Source: OCS116 cluster bacterium AG-430-B22 (GTDB lineage Bacteria; Pseudomonadota; Alphaproteobacteria; MED-G09). Taken from it: a stretch of 64,000 nt of DNA. The DNA lies in the NCBI GenBank assembly GCA_003209955.1, contig QCOD01000006.1, positions 15,167 through 79,166 of the forward strand, written 5' to 3'. The stretch's first letter is position 1, and every line of letters begins with the position of its first letter. The translations under genes and the position numbers were made by a program. Positions 63,054-64,000 of this stretch are shown here, piece by piece. The notes below the pieces were generated by a model that was not told the DNA's origin, did no database searches, and saw nothing but the letters and a program-made list of their open reading frames with translations.

Positions 63054-63668
63054 ATGTTTAAGTTAAAATACCATCTTTTACTTGTATCAATTATTCCATT
63101 TATAGCTATTCACTTATCATTCATTTTATCAGTTCAAAATGAATATTTATCTTTATGCAATCCTTATATTGATGGTTGTTATTCTATAAGTAGAGCTGCA
63201 AGACAGCCATCTTCAATAATTATTTTCAAAGTACTTATGTTGATTTCTGCCTTATTCCTATTTTTTCTATGGCCTAGATTATTTAAACCAAATTATAATA
63301 AATTGTTAATTCTTATTGGCAGACTGGGATCATTATTTCTTATAGCTTATATAGTGGCTTTGGGGGAGGAGGGTTTCTTTTATGAAATAATGAGAAGGTT
63401 TGGTGTGTTTATTTTTTATATCTTTACCCTCATTTCTCAATGGGTTTTTACTTTTAGTACACAGATGAGAATAAGAAGATTTTTTCTTAAAAATTTTTTA
63501 ATAAATATTATTGTTTTTTTACAATTATTAGCTTTTTTATTGGCCATACCATTTTTTATATTCTTTAAGAATTATGGTTATATAGAAAATATTATCGAAT
63601 GGTGGATAACTTTACTGATCACTCTTTGGTTTTTTATCAACTTCATTTATTATAAAAAAAATGATTAG
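63054..63668 (+). CDS. conserved multi-pass membrane protein
   Basis: CNPYIDGCYSISRAAR, MRRFG, NIIEW; about 6 TM. Confidence 0.7.
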   Translation: MFKLKYHLLLVSIIPFIAIHLSFILSVQNEYLSLCNPYIDGCYSISRAARQPSSIIIFKVLMLISALFLFFLWPRLFKPNYNKLLILIGRLGSLFLIAYIVALGEEGFFYEIMRRFGVFIFYIFTLISQWVFTFSTQMRIRRFFLKNFLINIIVFLQLLAFLLAIPFFIFFKNYGYIENIIEWWITLLITLWFFINFIYYKKND

Positions 63669-64000
63669 TAAGGATGATATTAGAGATTTTAAAGATTACA
63701 TTGATAGAAGTTCTAATATTGTAATCTTTACTGGAGCTGGGATATCTACAGAATCAGGTATTCCTGACTTTAGAAGTCCTGGAGGTATTTGGACTAAATT
63801 TAAACCTATAGATTTTTCAGAATTTATGGCATCCGAAGAGGCTAGGGTAGAGTCTTGGAGAAGAAAATTTAATGTTGATAGTGAAATAAGCAATGCCAAA
63901 CCTAATGCAGGTCATATTGCTATTTCTGAACTAGTTTTAAAAGGTAAAATAAAAAAAGTTATCACTCAAAATATTGATAACCTTCATCAAGAATCCGGTG
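63661..64000 (+). CDS. cobB: Sir2 family NAD-dependent deacylase (3' end outside window)
   Basis: Translated by hand: FTGAGISTESGIPDFRSPGGIW, PNAGH, ITQNIDNLHQ. Confidence 0.95.
   Translation, partial: MISKDDIRDFKDYIDRSSNIVIFTGAGISTESGIPDFRSPGGIWTKFKPIDFSEFMASEEARVESWRRKFNVDSEISNAKPNAGHIAISELVLKGKIKKVITQNIDNLHQESG

Noticed and set aside
63696-63899. 67-aa minus-strand ORF
   Set aside because: Antisense to the clear cobB frame
63661-64000. Sir2 gene as an anti-phage defence component (Thoeris/DSR)
   Set aside because: Canonical housekeeping sirtuin motifs (GAGISTESGIPDFR, TQNID) and no defence partners visible

Overview
Chromosomal segment of an AT-rich (roughly 30% GC by eye), streamlined marine-type alphaproteobacterium. 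Supporting signs are popZ, the plsX-fabH-ihfA-merR-tRNA-Pro synteny, an alpha operon without rpsD, and a blue-tuned proteorhodopsin. Bases 1-20.8 kb hold rpoC (5'-truncated) and the str/S10/spc/alpha ribosomal superoperon, with no tuf between fusA and rpsJ. The rest alternates conserved core blocks (tolC-popZ-valS, ilvD, xth-erpA-bamE, plsX-fabH-ihfA, ctaA, rplM-rpsI, argC, hom-glpX-recJ, cobB) with accessory blocks that lie 3' of four tRNA genes (Asn, Cys, Pro, Glu). The accessory blocks carry: a furan-fatty-acid-type ufaD/O/M trio; glk (no canonical start codon, probable ATT start) with a GH3 glucosidase; a Coq4-motif protein; an apparently uncharacterised oxidative operon (CrtR-like desaturase/hydroxylase, alkenal reductase, P450, VOC, FAH, plus a convergent OYE); and a DoxX plus iota-class (COG4337-like) carbonic anhydrase pair converging on proteorhodopsin, next to a cytochrome c-PQQ dehydrogenase and several unannotated 25-38 aa ORFs. 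No CRISPR, integrase, transposase or rRNA was seen. All calls come from motif recognition by eye; no searches were run.
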